Origin: a virus
Lineage: Duplodnaviria > Heunggongvirae > Uroviricota > Caudoviricetes > Schitoviridae
Length of the DNA: 64,000 nt
Reading direction: 5' to 3' (one strand)
Virus record (IMG/VR): IMGVR_UViG_2974544868_000001
Span: 1-64,000 of that record
Positions within the stretch are counted from its first letter, which is position 1, and the number at the start of each line of letters is the position of its first letter. Shown here piece after piece: positions 54,975-64,000 of this stretch. Below the pieces are notes generated by a model, which was not told the DNA's origin, did no database searches, and saw only the letters and a list, made by a program, of their open reading frames with translations. A program made the translations under genes and the position numbers.

Positions 54975-57659
54975 TTACAGTTGGAGATTGGTGTTGAGGG
55001 TGAGATCTGTGAACTGGTTGAGCATGTTCAGGCTCAGATCTGCGATGTCGCTGCCGACCATCAAGGTGCGTTCAAGGAAACTGGCCGAGCTTTCCGGAAC
55101 GAACCCAAAGGACCGGGCAGAGTCCGTCAGAGAGAGGGGGTCAATGACGCCCTTGTTCACCCCGAACGTATCAGCAAAGGCTTGCTGGATCTCTTCGGAT
55201 TCTACCTTATACCGCTCCAGAACCCCTTGGGTTTCTTCCAAGATACCCTGAGTGGAGACGTTGATGTACTTGGCATAGGCGTCGAATGCCGTCGAGGTCA
55301 GCTGGATCAGATTGTCGGCCCGCATCATGTTGCCGAAGCCCTGAGCCATGGTCTGCCCATTGGCCATGGCCGTACCGACGTTCAGGGCGATCACCGAGGC
55401 AATGGCACCGATGATCGTACCCAGCTTGTCACCGAAGATGGCCACAGCACCACGCTGGATGATCGTGACCAGCAGCATGGCAGCAATGGCATTGGCGATG
55501 GCACCCACGATGATGGCTGCCACACCCGTCAGGCCAATGGCAGCACCCACTGCCGCATTGGTTCCGAGCAGGCCACCAGATGCACCGGCACCAGCACCAC
55601 CCGTGTAGATCGAGATGATGATGATGACGATGATCAGAATGACTTGGAACAGGCCAGTCTGATACCACTTCTTCTTGACGACCTGATAGCAATTGAAGAC
55701 AAGGAACGAGCAGGCCGTTGCCATCTGGGTAGACTTCGTGAGTGGCATCGAACGGTAGATGCCCTCATGAAGAGGCACGATGAAACCAGACTCTTCCGTG
55801 TCCTGTAGAGCCTCACGTCCATCGATCTCAACTGCCTTGCCGTTGTAGATCTCATTGCGGTGAGTCAGGCCACGGAGCTTCAGAACACGATAGGTGTTGT
55901 TGCCGTCCTGCCAGTAGAGATCAATGTTGTTGCTCATGCGTTGAGCCACAACACCCCATACGCCGCCAACGTAGCCTTGCTCATCAAAGGTGTCATCCGT
56001 GTTCACTTGGAACCAGAGATCCCCTTGCTTGGCGTCCGGCTTGCCTTGCCCGGTATGCACCGATTCCACGATGGCATTCCAGCTGACAGTGATGTTGTAG
56101 TTCAGGACTCGGTTGTTGTCCGACCGGATCTTGATCTCACTGTTCGGCATCGGAGGGTATGGCTTCTTCACTGGTTCAGGGGTGCCATACAGAGGATCGC
56201 TCGGAACACCCTGAGCAACCTTCCACTTGTCCCACTGAGTCATCGAAGCATCAGCTTCATTCCATGCCAGCTTCCATGCGGTGTATGCGCCATCACCACC
56301 AACACTGGAGGACTCCAGAATGCCCTTGAAGAATCGATAGATGTACTCACGGCAAGCTACTTCCTTGACGTTGAGCGACACACCGAACACTGCATAGGCA
56401 TAGTCGATGTCACCGAGACTTTCATTGTCAGCAATCTTGCTGATGATGTCGTCATACTTGCCAGTCGTACTCTTCTTCAGAGCCTTCTTAGCTTCGTCAT
56501 AGACATCAGGCAGGTAGGACGGCGAGATGAACTTGTTGTCCACTCGGAATGGAATGTACGGGAAGAAATCCTGATTGCCAGTCGTTGGACTGAACATGGC
56601 ATCGAGGATTGGATTACCGGAACCACGCTTGTAGATGAAGATCTTCGTACCAGACCAGCTGGATTGGATCGTCTCCATCGTATCGATGCGGTAGGTCTTC
56701 TTCGTGCTCAGAGTCTCAGTGACGTTCGTGGTCTTTGTCGTCTTGATGACACCACCACCGATGTCTTCTTCCACAGAACTTTCAGTCGAAGTCGTAGTGA
56801 CCTTGGCGACTTCATCCTGATACATGGTCGAAGTGATCGAGTACGTCTGATCAGTTCCGGGCTTGTTGCCCATGAACTCCGTCTTCGTATAGACACGATG
56901 ATGCTCCGCCACCGTTTCAATTCGGGAGGTTGGAGTCTCACTGTGCTCAGCCGGACGGCCATCCGAATACGTCACATCGACAATGACCTTGTTGGTCAAG
57001 GTCACGTCGTTCGGATTGGAATCGTCACTGACGGTGGTCCAACCAGAAGTGCTTGGCCACGGATCGGTCGGACCCAGTTCCACCGTAGTTCCCGGAACAA
57101 CAGGACCATCGCTGGGGTTGTCAGCCAGCAAGTACGAGGCGTACATGTACCGGCCATTCTGATCGAAATCAGAAGCATCGAAGGTGTAGGTGGTCACCCC
57201 ACCGAACAGGATCGTGATCGTCTGACCATCGATGTCAGTCGTCCAGTCTTCATTGATCCGATCAGGGTGGTTCTCCAGCATCCATCGATCAGCCCACCAC
57301 GTGTAGTCGGCATCACCAATCTGCACGGACTGGACTTGAACCACTTGGTTCGAACCATGGGGGATCTGATCCCGCAGCACATTGACATCAACCGAGTTGC
57401 CGATGGAAAGACTGCCGGTCACAAGACCGACAGTATTCACATAGCCACTGGTTCGAGACCAACGGGCAAAGTTTCGGAAACGAATCGCTGGACCTTTCAG
57501 GTAGCTGTTCGTGATCGAATTTCCGAGACTCGGAGTTTCGTTCAGGACAGCACCGAAGATCGTCGTCTTCAGGTAGTTCGGACGATCATTCTCATCACCG
57601 GCCATGTTGTATGGCACGGAGCTGACGTAGGTTTTCTTGCGGCTTCCGAACATGCCCAT
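54975..57659 (-). CDS. large virion protein (N4 gp53-like) with internal Gly/Ala-rich multi-TM segment
   Basis: 894 aa; segment 'VILIIVIIIISIYTGGAGAGASGGLLGTNAAVGAAIGLTGVAAIIVGAIANAIAAMLLVTII...' predicted as 3-4 TM helices. Confidence 0.55.
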   Translation of the reverse strand: MGMFGSRKKTYVSSVPYNMAGDENDRPNYLKTTIFGAVLNETPSLGNSITNSYLKGPAIRFRNFARWSRTSGYVNTVGLVTGSLSIGNSVDVNVLRDQIPHGSNQVVQVQSVQIGDADYTWWADRWMLENHPDRINEDWTTDIDGQTITILFGGVTTYTFDASDFDQNGRYMYASYLLADNPSDGPVVPGTTVELGPTDPWPSTSGWTTVSDDSNPNDVTLTNKVIVDVTYSDGRPAEHSETPTSRIETVAEHHRVYTKTEFMGNKPGTDQTYSITSTMYQDEVAKVTTTSTESSVEEDIGGGVIKTTKTTNVTETLSTKKTYRIDTMETIQSSWSGTKIFIYKRGSGNPILDAMFSPTTGNQDFFPYIPFRVDNKFISPSYLPDVYDEAKKALKKSTTGKYDDIISKIADNESLGDIDYAYAVFGVSLNVKEVACREYIYRFFKGILESSSVGGDGAYTAWKLAWNEADASMTQWDKWKVAQGVPSDPLYGTPEPVKKPYPPMPNSEIKIRSDNNRVLNYNITVSWNAIVESVHTGQGKPDAKQGDLWFQVNTDDTFDEQGYVGGVWGVVAQRMSNNIDLYWQDGNNTYRVLKLRGLTHRNEIYNGKAVEIDGREALQDTEESGFIVPLHEGIYRSMPLTKSTQMATACSFLVFNCYQVVKKKWYQTGLFQVILIIVIIIISIYTGGAGAGASGGLLGTNAAVGAAIGLTGVAAIIVGAIANAIAAMLLVTIIQRGAVAIFGDKLGTIIGAIASVIALNVGTAMANGQTMAQGFGNMMRADNLIQLTSTAFDAYAKYINVSTQGILEETQGVLERYKVESEEIQQAFADTFGVNKGVIDPLSLTDSARSFGFVPESSASFLERTLMVGSDIADLSLNMLNQFTDLTLNTNLQL

Positions 57660-57660
57660 A

Positions 57661-58500
57661 TCAGACGAACCCGTTTTCGTTCTTGATCTTGGTCAGAACC
57701 TTGTCGATGGAAGCATTGCTGAAACCATCTGGCGGCAGCAGACCTTCATCGATGGTCTTCATTGCGATCCACGCATCAATGAACATGCGGCCGGACTTGA
57801 CCTCAGCATCACGCTTGTAGCTCGTGATCTGCTGATCGTACAGCTGCTTCTGCTTGCCCACGGAACCAGCAACCGGGGAACCATCGGTACGGTTGTCCAG
57901 CGTCTGTGCACGCTGCACTTCGATCTGTTCCTTCACCAGCGCCCATTGGCTCGGCAGGATGTTGAGCAGGTTGTACGCCGCAGTGCCGTATGCCTGATCT
58001 TCCGTAGCCAGCTTCATGGCAGTCAGTGCGTAGGTAGCACCCGAAGTCTGTGCATCCAGCACAACCTTGGCGTACTCGGCCTTTGCAGTCTGGGTCTGAA
58101 CCAGTGCAGCGAATGCTTGCAGCTGAGCAAGCTGTGCCTGCCAGAAGGCTTGATCCTTCTGCAACAGGAACTGGGTAGCGTTCTGCATGGTGGTTTCCAC
58201 CAGTGCAATGTATGCCTTGGTGTAATCACCAGCAGTGATTCGCTGTGCCTGATACTCCATCAGCAGATGCTGCTTGGCAGACGCCATCAACTTGTCGAAG
58301 ACACCTTCGCCAGTTGGGCATCCATCAGTCAGATCCTTAAGCGATACGCTCGGAGGCGATTTGAACAGAGGACTGTTCTCATCAACCGGCAGCTTCCAGA
58401 TTGGATCATTCCAATCGATGGTGGGCAGCGTGATGTTCAGGTCTTGAATCAGGTAGTCGAGGATGCTCTTGGCATCGATCTCACCACTTTGACGGGCCAT
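57661..58500 (-). CDS. structural protein (N4 gp54-like)
   Basis: 279 aa; position in the conserved late gene order. Confidence 0.45.
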   Translation of the reverse strand: MARQSGEIDAKSILDYLIQDLNITLPTIDWNDPIWKLPVDENSPLFKSPPSVSLKDLTDGCPTGEGVFDKLMASAKQHLLMEYQAQRITAGDYTKAYIALVETTMQNATQFLLQKDQAFWQAQLAQLQAFAALVQTQTAKAEYAKVVLDAQTSGATYALTAMKLATEDQAYGTAAYNLLNILPSQWALVKEQIEVQRAQTLDNRTDGSPVAGSVGKQKQLYDQQITSYKRDAEVKSGRMFIDAWIAMKTIDEGLLPPDGFSNASIDKVLTKIKNENGFV

Positions 58501-58519
58501 GAAAGTGTGTCCTGTGAAA

Positions 58520-58555
58520 GAAAAAAGCCCACTGAACCAAGAGGATCAGTGGGCC
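58520..58555 (-). terminator. rho-independent terminator (minus strand)
   Basis: plus strand reads 'aaaaaa gcccactga...tcagtgggc'. Confidence 0.6.
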
Positions 58556-58578
58556 TAGTTTACCGGCTCAGAGAGCTA

Positions 58579-59205
58579 TCAGCCCACGTCCGAAGTACCG
58601 GCAGCAATCTGGGCGGTTGCCAGCTGCTTCAGTTCCTGCGGCGTCAGGTCCGGCAGGTCTTCGATGCCGAACTCGGAAGCCAGACGGGTGATGACTTCGA
58701 TACGGCCAGTCCGCTTGTCGGTCTTGGTGCGGATGTCCACGTACTGACGGGTCTTCAGCACATCGTACAGGGCTTGCTCGATATGCCAGCCGCCATCGGT
58801 CTGTTCGCCGAACGGGACGAAACGCTTGATCACACCCATGTAGTTGTTGCCCACGGTGATGAACTCACCGGGCACATCACGCTTGGCTGGGTTGTGGCAG
58901 GTGATGCGGACACGACGCAGCTTGTGCGCCTTCTTCCGCAGGAATTCGTGCAGGCTCAGCTGCTTCTCTTGTGCTGGCTCAGCACCCGGAATCTTGTCCG
59001 GTGCAGCCTTGGCACCTTCTTCCGACTTGCCTTCCATTGCATCGTTGAGCTGCTGACGCAGGGTCTCGACGCTGGCATTCGGGGATGGATTCTTGCCCAT
59101 CGTCTTCAGGCGAGAACGCAGCATTGCCTTCTCTTCCTGTTCACGCTGTTCCGGGGTCATCTCGGTCGGGTCCAGCTGCGATTCGGTGTTCTGTTGTTCG
59201 CTCAT
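58579..59205 (-). CDS. structural-module protein (N4 gp55-like)
   Basis: 208 aa; RBS on the minus strand; acidic N-terminus. Confidence 0.45.
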   Translation of the reverse strand: MSEQQNTESQLDPTEMTPEQREQEEKAMLRSRLKTMGKNPSPNASVETLRQQLNDAMEGKSEEGAKAAPDKIPGAEPAQEKQLSLHEFLRKKAHKLRRVRITCHNPAKRDVPGEFITVGNNYMGVIKRFVPFGEQTDGGWHIEQALYDVLKTRQYVDIRTKTDKRTGRIEVITRLASEFGIEDLPDLTPQELKQLATAQIAAGTSDVG

Positions 59206-59218
59206 GACTTTTTCTCTG

Positions 59219-59250
59219 TAAGTAGAAAGGCGGGGAGTTATCTCCCCGCC
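59219..59250 (-). terminator. terminator/attenuator hairpin downstream of the MCP gene
   Basis: 'ggcggggagttatctccccgcc' with a U-rich tract on the minus strand. Confidence 0.4.
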
Positions 59251-59267
59251 TTGGTTCCGCTACCCGA

Positions 59268-60503
59268 TTAGATCGGGGCCACGGTCTTGATGACGGCCAG
59301 ACGTTCCGGACGCTTGATCAGGATACCGTAGTACCACTTGATCGAGCTGAAGCCGGTTTCGCCGAACGGATCGTTGCGGTCTGCGGTGTCCTTGCCCGGC
59401 ATCTTGGTGATGACGTTGAACTTCACCGTCTTGCCATCGGTCTGGAAGCCGATGGTGGTGAAGCTGTCATCGCCGATGGTCAGCATCGGGAAGATGTCGT
59501 AACGCTCTTCACCGGCAGCGTTCTGCGAAGAACGGTAGCCCGGATTGGTGTCAACGACAGCACCCTTTGCAGCCCAGTGCAGCATCTCCGGAACTTGGAT
59601 GATGCGCCACTTGTCGATGGAGCCGATCTCGCCGTTCAGCACGGTGCCAGCAGCAGCGTAGTGCTGGATCTCCACGAACGCCTTGTTGCCGAACAGATCC
59701 TTCATCGACTTCAGGATCGGAGCCAGCTCCGAACCGACGTAGATGACACGGGTGGCACCCAGCACCTTGGTATCGATCAGACGCGAACCAGTGATGATGG
59801 TGACCGAGGTCGGCGAACGCAGATCGGTCAGGGTCTGATCCAGACGCATCAGCAGACGGTAGTCCACGATGGAGGCCGGGATTTCCGGATTGCCACCAGC
59901 AGCCGGAGTGGCTTCGCCGGTCACTTCACCGTCGTTGGTGGCAGCGCCAGCGTAGAACACGGTGCCAGCCATGGTCAGCAGGTCAGCTTGCAGGACGGCT
60001 TCGGTCAGCTGCACCGCACCGTTCATCAGCTCACGGCTCAGGTGATCACGCAGCTCATCGTCGGAGTCGAAGTCCACCGATTCCTGGGTCCACTCGTAGA
60101 AGAAGCCGAACTTGTGCAGGGTGCCTTCACGCTCCAGACGGGTGAAGCCGACACGGTTCACACGGCCACCGTTCTCGGTCAGGGTCGGCAGCTTGCTGGT
60201 GATCTTGCCGATGTCCTTCGAGGAACCGTACAGGTTGCCATCAGCGATGGCGACACCGTTGGCGTCGATACCCTGATCGTTGATGTTGCGGTCGTCCAGC
60301 AGCGGGACGTAGTAGTACACCTTGATCTTCTTGCCGAAGTTCTTCGGCATGTTGGTCACGTTGGCCAACGGCATGAAGTATTGTTCGCGGCGAGTCTCGA
60401 TGATCGAGTTCTTGAGCCACATGAAGGAACGCATCTGGTCCGAGCCATCACCATCGATGCTCGACTTCTGGCCATCAGCGGGGGCGTTGTAATTCAGTGC
60501 CAT
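59268..60503 (-). CDS. major capsid protein (N4 gp56-like)
   Basis: 411 aa (N4 MCP is about 400 aa); position before the portal and scaffold in the N4 order; terminator immediately after. Confidence 0.65.
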   Translation of the reverse strand: MALNYNAPADGQKSSIDGDGSDQMRSFMWLKNSIIETRREQYFMPLANVTNMPKNFGKKIKVYYYVPLLDDRNINDQGIDANGVAIADGNLYGSSKDIGKITSKLPTLTENGGRVNRVGFTRLEREGTLHKFGFFYEWTQESVDFDSDDELRDHLSRELMNGAVQLTEAVLQADLLTMAGTVFYAGAATNDGEVTGEATPAAGGNPEIPASIVDYRLLMRLDQTLTDLRSPTSVTIITGSRLIDTKVLGATRVIYVGSELAPILKSMKDLFGNKAFVEIQHYAAAGTVLNGEIGSIDKWRIIQVPEMLHWAAKGAVVDTNPGYRSSQNAAGEERYDIFPMLTIGDDSFTTIGFQTDGKTVKFNVITKMPGKDTADRNDPFGETGFSSIKWYYGILIKRPERLAVIKTVAPI

Positions 60504-60515
60504 GAGAAGTGTCTC

Positions 60516-61736
60516 TTAGACGCGGCCGGTGAACTGAGCAAACTCTTTCTGGAATTCAGCGTCAGACAGGCCAAGGATGGAAGCAGGGTCGGTATGTCCA
60601 GTTTTCGCTGGGGCGGCTCGGCTGGTTGCAGCAGCCTTCACCTTGTCTCCGTTCTGCACCGGCGTCTTCGGCTGTACGACAGTCTTGGCCACTGCAACCG
60701 GCGCTGGCTTGGCTGCAAGAGCAGCGGCCTTGGCCTGTTCAGCAGCTGCAAGCTCATCGCCAACAGCCTTGTATGCCTGCAAGAAAGGAGTCTGGGAACC
60801 AATCTGGCCGAGAACCTTACGGCGTTCCACTTCAGTGGTGATGATGTCGTAGACACCAGACACACGCTGATCATGGATGGCACGCAGGATCGCTGGATTG
60901 TTTCCCACCGCATCGATGCTGGCTTGATCCCACTTCAGAGCTTCTGCAATGGTCTCTTGTCCTCGATCCATGGTTCGAAGTTCATCGACCGTGGATTGGA
61001 ATTCAACCTGAGAATCACTGACTCGGTGATTGCCGCCTTGATACGTCGGATCGGAATCGACATCGATGTCTCGCGGATCGATGCCCCGGTCCTTCATCAG
61101 CTTCTGGATTGCTGCCTTGTCACCATTCCGCAGGTCAATGAGGAAGGAGAGTTCAGCTTCGTCCAGCAGCTTGTTGTTTTGAAGCATGGTTGCAGCACGT
61201 CGATACGGGGCGAGTTCCTGCATCTTCCGGGTGTAGTTGGCACCCATCTGCATCAGCTTCACTGCTTCTTCAGGAGACTGGAGCTGGATCTGCTTACCGT
61301 TCGCAGTGAACGGAGCCATGATCTTCTCGTAAGTCGCCTTGTAATCCGGGACTACTTCAGTGGGTTCCCCACCTTCAGCAACCGGCTTGTCGGGGGAACT
61401 ACCACCGCCATCCGGATTGTCAGTTGCAACTGCCGGGTCCGGTTTGACCTCCGGATTGGCCGCTGCTGGGTTGGGATTACCGCCTTCAGTCTTGTCGGCA
61501 GGTGGAACATTACCACCTTCCTGAGTTGGAAGCACTTCCGGATCGGGAGTGGGATCTTCCACTGGGTCTTGGACCGGATCAGCAACCGGGTCCGGCTGGG
61601 GATTGGCGTTCGGATCGGGTTGACCACCCTGACCACCATTGTTGGCAGTCTCCGCCTCGGCAAGCTGCTGCTCGATCAGAGCAGCAACACCTTGCGAGCG
61701 GAAATCCTCATCACTCATGGATGAGATGTCCGGCAT
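60516..61736 (-). CDS. scaffold-like protein (N4 gp57-like): Pro/Asp-rich N-terminus, predicted helical C-terminal half
   Basis: 406 aa; low-complexity 'PDPNANPQPDPVADPVQDPVEDPTPDPE'; lies between the portal and the MCP. Confidence 0.45.
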   Translation of the reverse strand: MPDISSMSDEDFRSQGVAALIEQQLAEAETANNGGQGGQPDPNANPQPDPVADPVQDPVEDPTPDPEVLPTQEGGNVPPADKTEGGNPNPAAANPEVKPDPAVATDNPDGGGSSPDKPVAEGGEPTEVVPDYKATYEKIMAPFTANGKQIQLQSPEEAVKLMQMGANYTRKMQELAPYRRAATMLQNNKLLDEAELSFLIDLRNGDKAAIQKLMKDRGIDPRDIDVDSDPTYQGGNHRVSDSQVEFQSTVDELRTMDRGQETIAEALKWDQASIDAVGNNPAILRAIHDQRVSGVYDIITTEVERRKVLGQIGSQTPFLQAYKAVGDELAAAEQAKAAALAAKPAPVAVAKTVVQPKTPVQNGDKVKAAATSRAAPAKTGHTDPASILGLSDAEFQKEFAQFTGRV

Positions 61737-61738
61737 GA

Positions 61739-62149
61739 TCAGACCTCGCTATCTTCAGCTGCGCCCTGATCTTCCTGACGCAGTTCTTCGAGGGCTTCCT
61801 CGATCTCGGCGATCTGACCAGCCTGAGTGGCCAGCATGGATTCTTGGGCAGTTGCCCACAGCAGGATGCCACCGCATGCCTGAGCCATGACCACGAACTT
61901 GCGCTGATTCTCCGCATCGAACTGCGGATTGATGGAGGCGTGAATCAGGCGGGAAGCCTCATTGATGCAGTAATCCTGCAAGATGAGTTCCTTGAAGTCC
62001 TTGTTCTTGAACAGGCGTTCCATGGCGGCCAGCTTCTTCGCAGCCGTCTTGGCACCGTCCAGTTGGCGGGTCAGGCTTTCGATATTGACTTCAGTCTGCA
62101 TGACTAATTGGTCTCGTTTTGGGTGGTAAGTACGGAAAGGGTGGGACAT
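61739..62149 (-). CDS. hypothetical structural-module protein (N4 gp58-like)
   Basis: 136 aa; ATGA overlap with the downstream gene. Confidence 0.45.
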   Translation of the reverse strand: MSHPFRTYHPKRDQLVMQTEVNIESLTRQLDGAKTAAKKLAAMERLFKNKDFKELILQDYCINEASRLIHASINPQFDAENQRKFVVMAQACGGILLWATAQESMLATQAGQIAEIEEALEELRQEDQGAAEDSEV

Positions 62150-62186
62150 TTCTGTCCCACCGCTCCTAAATCATAGATCTATGTTG

Positions 62187-64000
62187 TTAGAGCTGTCCAG
62201 TGATCGGTTGGGTCAGACCTGCTCGGGTCAAGCTGTTCCAACCAATGGCACCTTCAATATCGGGGGTGCCCTCACCTTCCTTCCGCTTGGACAGGAGAGC
62301 CTTGGTGACTTCCAGATCCTGATTGCCTTCGGCCTGGCCCTGTTGCTTGGCAATGTCCTCGGCAAACTTCTGGCCGGTGGCATTCTTGGTGGCCTCGATG
62401 CCGGTAGCCTGAGCCTCAGCAGCAGCCCTCTGAGCCTGAGCCTGATAGTAGGCAATCTTCGCCTGCGACTCTTGGATCTCGGACTGTAGCTTCTGCTGCT
62501 CCAGTTCCTTCAGCGGATCAGGCTGCGGCTGGAACTTCTTGATCTCGTTGGCCAGATCCGGCATCCGCTTCAGACGGGCGATCTTTTCCAAGATCAGCTT
62601 CGTCATGTTGAAGTCCATGTTGGGACCGATGGTCTGCAACATGAAGCCCAGATCCTGAGCCTGAGTGTTGTCCTGTTCCGGCGTGGAGATGTCCACGACG
62701 CAATCGAAGTTGCCCTTCAGATCCTCACGCTTGACCGTGATGAACTCTTCATTGGTGATTCGAACCACTTCCTGTTCGCTCAGGAACTCGGAGTTCATGG
62801 CGATCATCTTCTTGCCGATCTGCTGCATGGCATTCGACAGACGACGCAGGATGCTCATCTCTCGCTTGCTGGAAGCATCCAGCACACCACGGATACCAGC
62901 AGCAACATCACCCAGCGAGGTGGAGTTGATACCTTCACCGAAGCCCTTGACGCCAGACAGAGCCTCAGCCTCTTGGCTCTGCATCTGCAACATCACCATC
63001 GCCGACTGAGGAATCTCGGGGAAGGTGTGGGTGATGAGACCCTGTGCAGGAGTGAAGTTCGGGTTGAACTGGTAGTCCTGTCCATTGTCGTATCGACGCT
63101 GGTTCAGAGCATCCAGCATGCCCTTGGCCATGCCTTGCTGACCATTGGCAGAGCGACCCATGATGTCAACCATGCCACGGGTCAGAGCACCCATCAGGCG
63201 TTGGTTGTCACCCAGCAACTCAGCATCTGGCTCACCGTACAGCTCACGCTTCTTCGGCGAATAGCGAGCCATGACGAATGGCAGACCTTGGTCCGGGTAT
63301 GGGTTTAACTCCATACGGATCATCACATTGCCGATCCACGTGGCAACGAATGGAACCAAGGTGCCATCCTTGTGGATGTCGTAGAAGCCCCAGTATTCGA
63401 AGGCCACAACCTTCTTACGGGCACGGTCGTTGAACTGGAAAGTGTCCGGCGTGGTGGTCTCATGTTCCGGATGAGTAGCTGGGCTGTTGTTGTCCCAGAT
63501 GACTCGATCCAGATTCTGATACCGCTTGCCAGACTTCAGCAGTTCACTGCGACTGGTCTCGAACGAGACGATGACGAAGAGAGCCTTCTCCAGATCACCA
63601 TTGCAGGTTGGGTCGATGATGACATTGTGCGGATTAAGCACTTCGAGAGTTGGGCGGTTCTCGATGATCTTCTCGACTTCAGCCTCAGTGACGCCGGTCT
63701 GTACTGCATACGTCGGCTCACCAGTCTGCTCGTAGTAATCGACGGCAGCACGCATTGCATCATCAACGGACTCTTCATAGCCCCGACGATTCTCTTGCTT
63801 TGCCATCAGAGCCTGTTGCAGAGCTTCAGCCTGCTCAGCGGTCTCCAGTGCAAAGTGGCTGAACTCCGGCACGGTCTCTTTGACCTTGACGGTGTAGCGC
63901 TTCCAGCCGACTTGAACCAGTGCAGTACCTTCATCCACATCGCCGCGAATGAAGTCATCGATGAACTGGACCTTGTTGATCTGGTTGTCGAACTGGTAGT
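62187..64000 (-). CDS. portal protein (N4 gp59-like), 5'-truncated by the window end
   Basis: the reading frame stays open from 63938 to 64000 on the minus strand (hand-translated, no stop), so the gene continues beyond the window; >=604 aa; C-terminal coiled coil typical of portals. Confidence 0.5.
   Translation of the reverse strand, partial: YQFDNQINKVQFIDDFIRGDVDEGTALVQVGWKRYTVKVKETVPEFSHFALETAEQAEALQQALMAKQENRRGYEESVDDAMRAAVDYYEQTGEPTYAVQTGVTEAEVEKIIENRPTLEVLNPHNVIIDPTCNGDLEKALFVIVSFETSRSELLKSGKRYQNLDRVIWDNNSPATHPEHETTTPDTFQFNDRARKKVVAFEYWGFYDIHKDGTLVPFVATWIGNVMIRMELNPYPDQGLPFVMARYSPKKRELYGEPDAELLGDNQRLMGALTRGMVDIMGRSANGQQGMAKGMLDALNQRRYDNGQDYQFNPNFTPAQGLITHTFPEIPQSAMVMLQMQSQEAEALSGVKGFGEGINSTSLGDVAAGIRGVLDASSKREMSILRRLSNAMQQIGKKMIAMNSEFLSEQEVVRITNEEFITVKREDLKGNFDCVVDISTPEQDNTQAQDLGFMLQTIGPNMDFNMTKLILEKIARLKRMPDLANEIKKFQPQPDPLKELEQQKLQSEIQESQAKIAYYQAQAQRAAAEAQATGIEATKNATGQKFAEDIAKQQGQAEGNQDLEVTKALLSKRKEGEGTPDIEGAIGWNSLTRAGLTQPITGQL

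Noticed and set aside
50108-59271. Plus-strand ORFs inside the late (- strand) arm (50108..51952, 52426..54204, 55860..57686, 57637..59271, 59577..61724)
   Set aside because: They are antisense shadows of the N4-like late genes, whose order and sizes (gp51 to gp59) match the minus-strand ORFs.
62187-63938. Treating the portal ORF as a complete 583-aa gene
   Set aside because: Hand translation of the minus strand from 64000 down to 63939 shows no stop codon in frame. The gene therefore continues beyond the window, which is consistent with an N4 portal of about 760 aa.

Overview
The window reads as about 64 kb of an N4-like (Schitoviridae-type) podophage genome. It probably begins at or near the left genome end, where there is a CA-rich low-complexity leader.

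Positions 1 to 41,700 carry early and middle genes, all on the + strand and tightly packed, with many ATGA/GTGA start-stop overlaps and at least ten rho-independent terminators. Recognisable genes in this arm are:
- a split T7-like single-subunit RNA polymerase (N4 RNAPII p4/p7-like; motifs A, B and C are all in the 408-aa subunit)
- an Ig-like (Big_2 x3) gp17-like decoration protein
- an HNH endonuclease
- a MoxR AAA+ ATPase paired with a VWA/HExxH (DUF2201-like) protein
- dCTP deaminase, ThyX and a possible MazG-like protein
- rIIA (GHKL fold) and rIIB
- an SF1 Dda/RecD-like helicase, family-A DNA polymerase, Cas4-like Fe-S nuclease, primase-like protein, Sak4-like ATPase, SSB-like protein and RuvC-like resolvase
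- an SPFH/band-7 lipoprotein
- a 2.3-kb island with five tRNAs (Ile-GAT, Tyr-GTA, Pro-TGG, Gln-TTG, Arg-TCT, all with encoded CCA) embedded in about 1.9 kb of non-coding, highly structured sequence.

From 41,762 to the window end the genes are on the - strand and are late genes. They are the 3,522-aa virion-encapsidated RNA polymerase (N4 gp50 hallmark), then gp51-to-gp55-like virion proteins, the major capsid protein, a scaffold-like protein and a 5'-truncated portal gene that runs off the window. No terminase, lysis or tail-sheath genes fall inside the window.

The most novel-looking items are:
- the tRNA/ncRNA island, which has a long-range 18/20-bp helix, several strong hairpins and tRNA-like fragments
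- a tRNA-like minihelix in a 410-nt gene-free gap upstream of an orphan 671-aa protein
- two small SLOG/DprA-like Rossmann proteins in the earliest gene block, hypothesised to bind or process nucleotide signals
- the MoxR-VWA-metallopeptidase pair
- a phage-encoded SPFH lipoprotein with an upstream small membrane protein
- a collagen-repeat protein inside the replication module
- a virion protein with a Gly/Ala-rich multi-TM segment.

All functional calls rest on motifs I recognised by eye, not on database searches. Coordinates of hand-placed starts and RNA features may be off by 1-2 nt.
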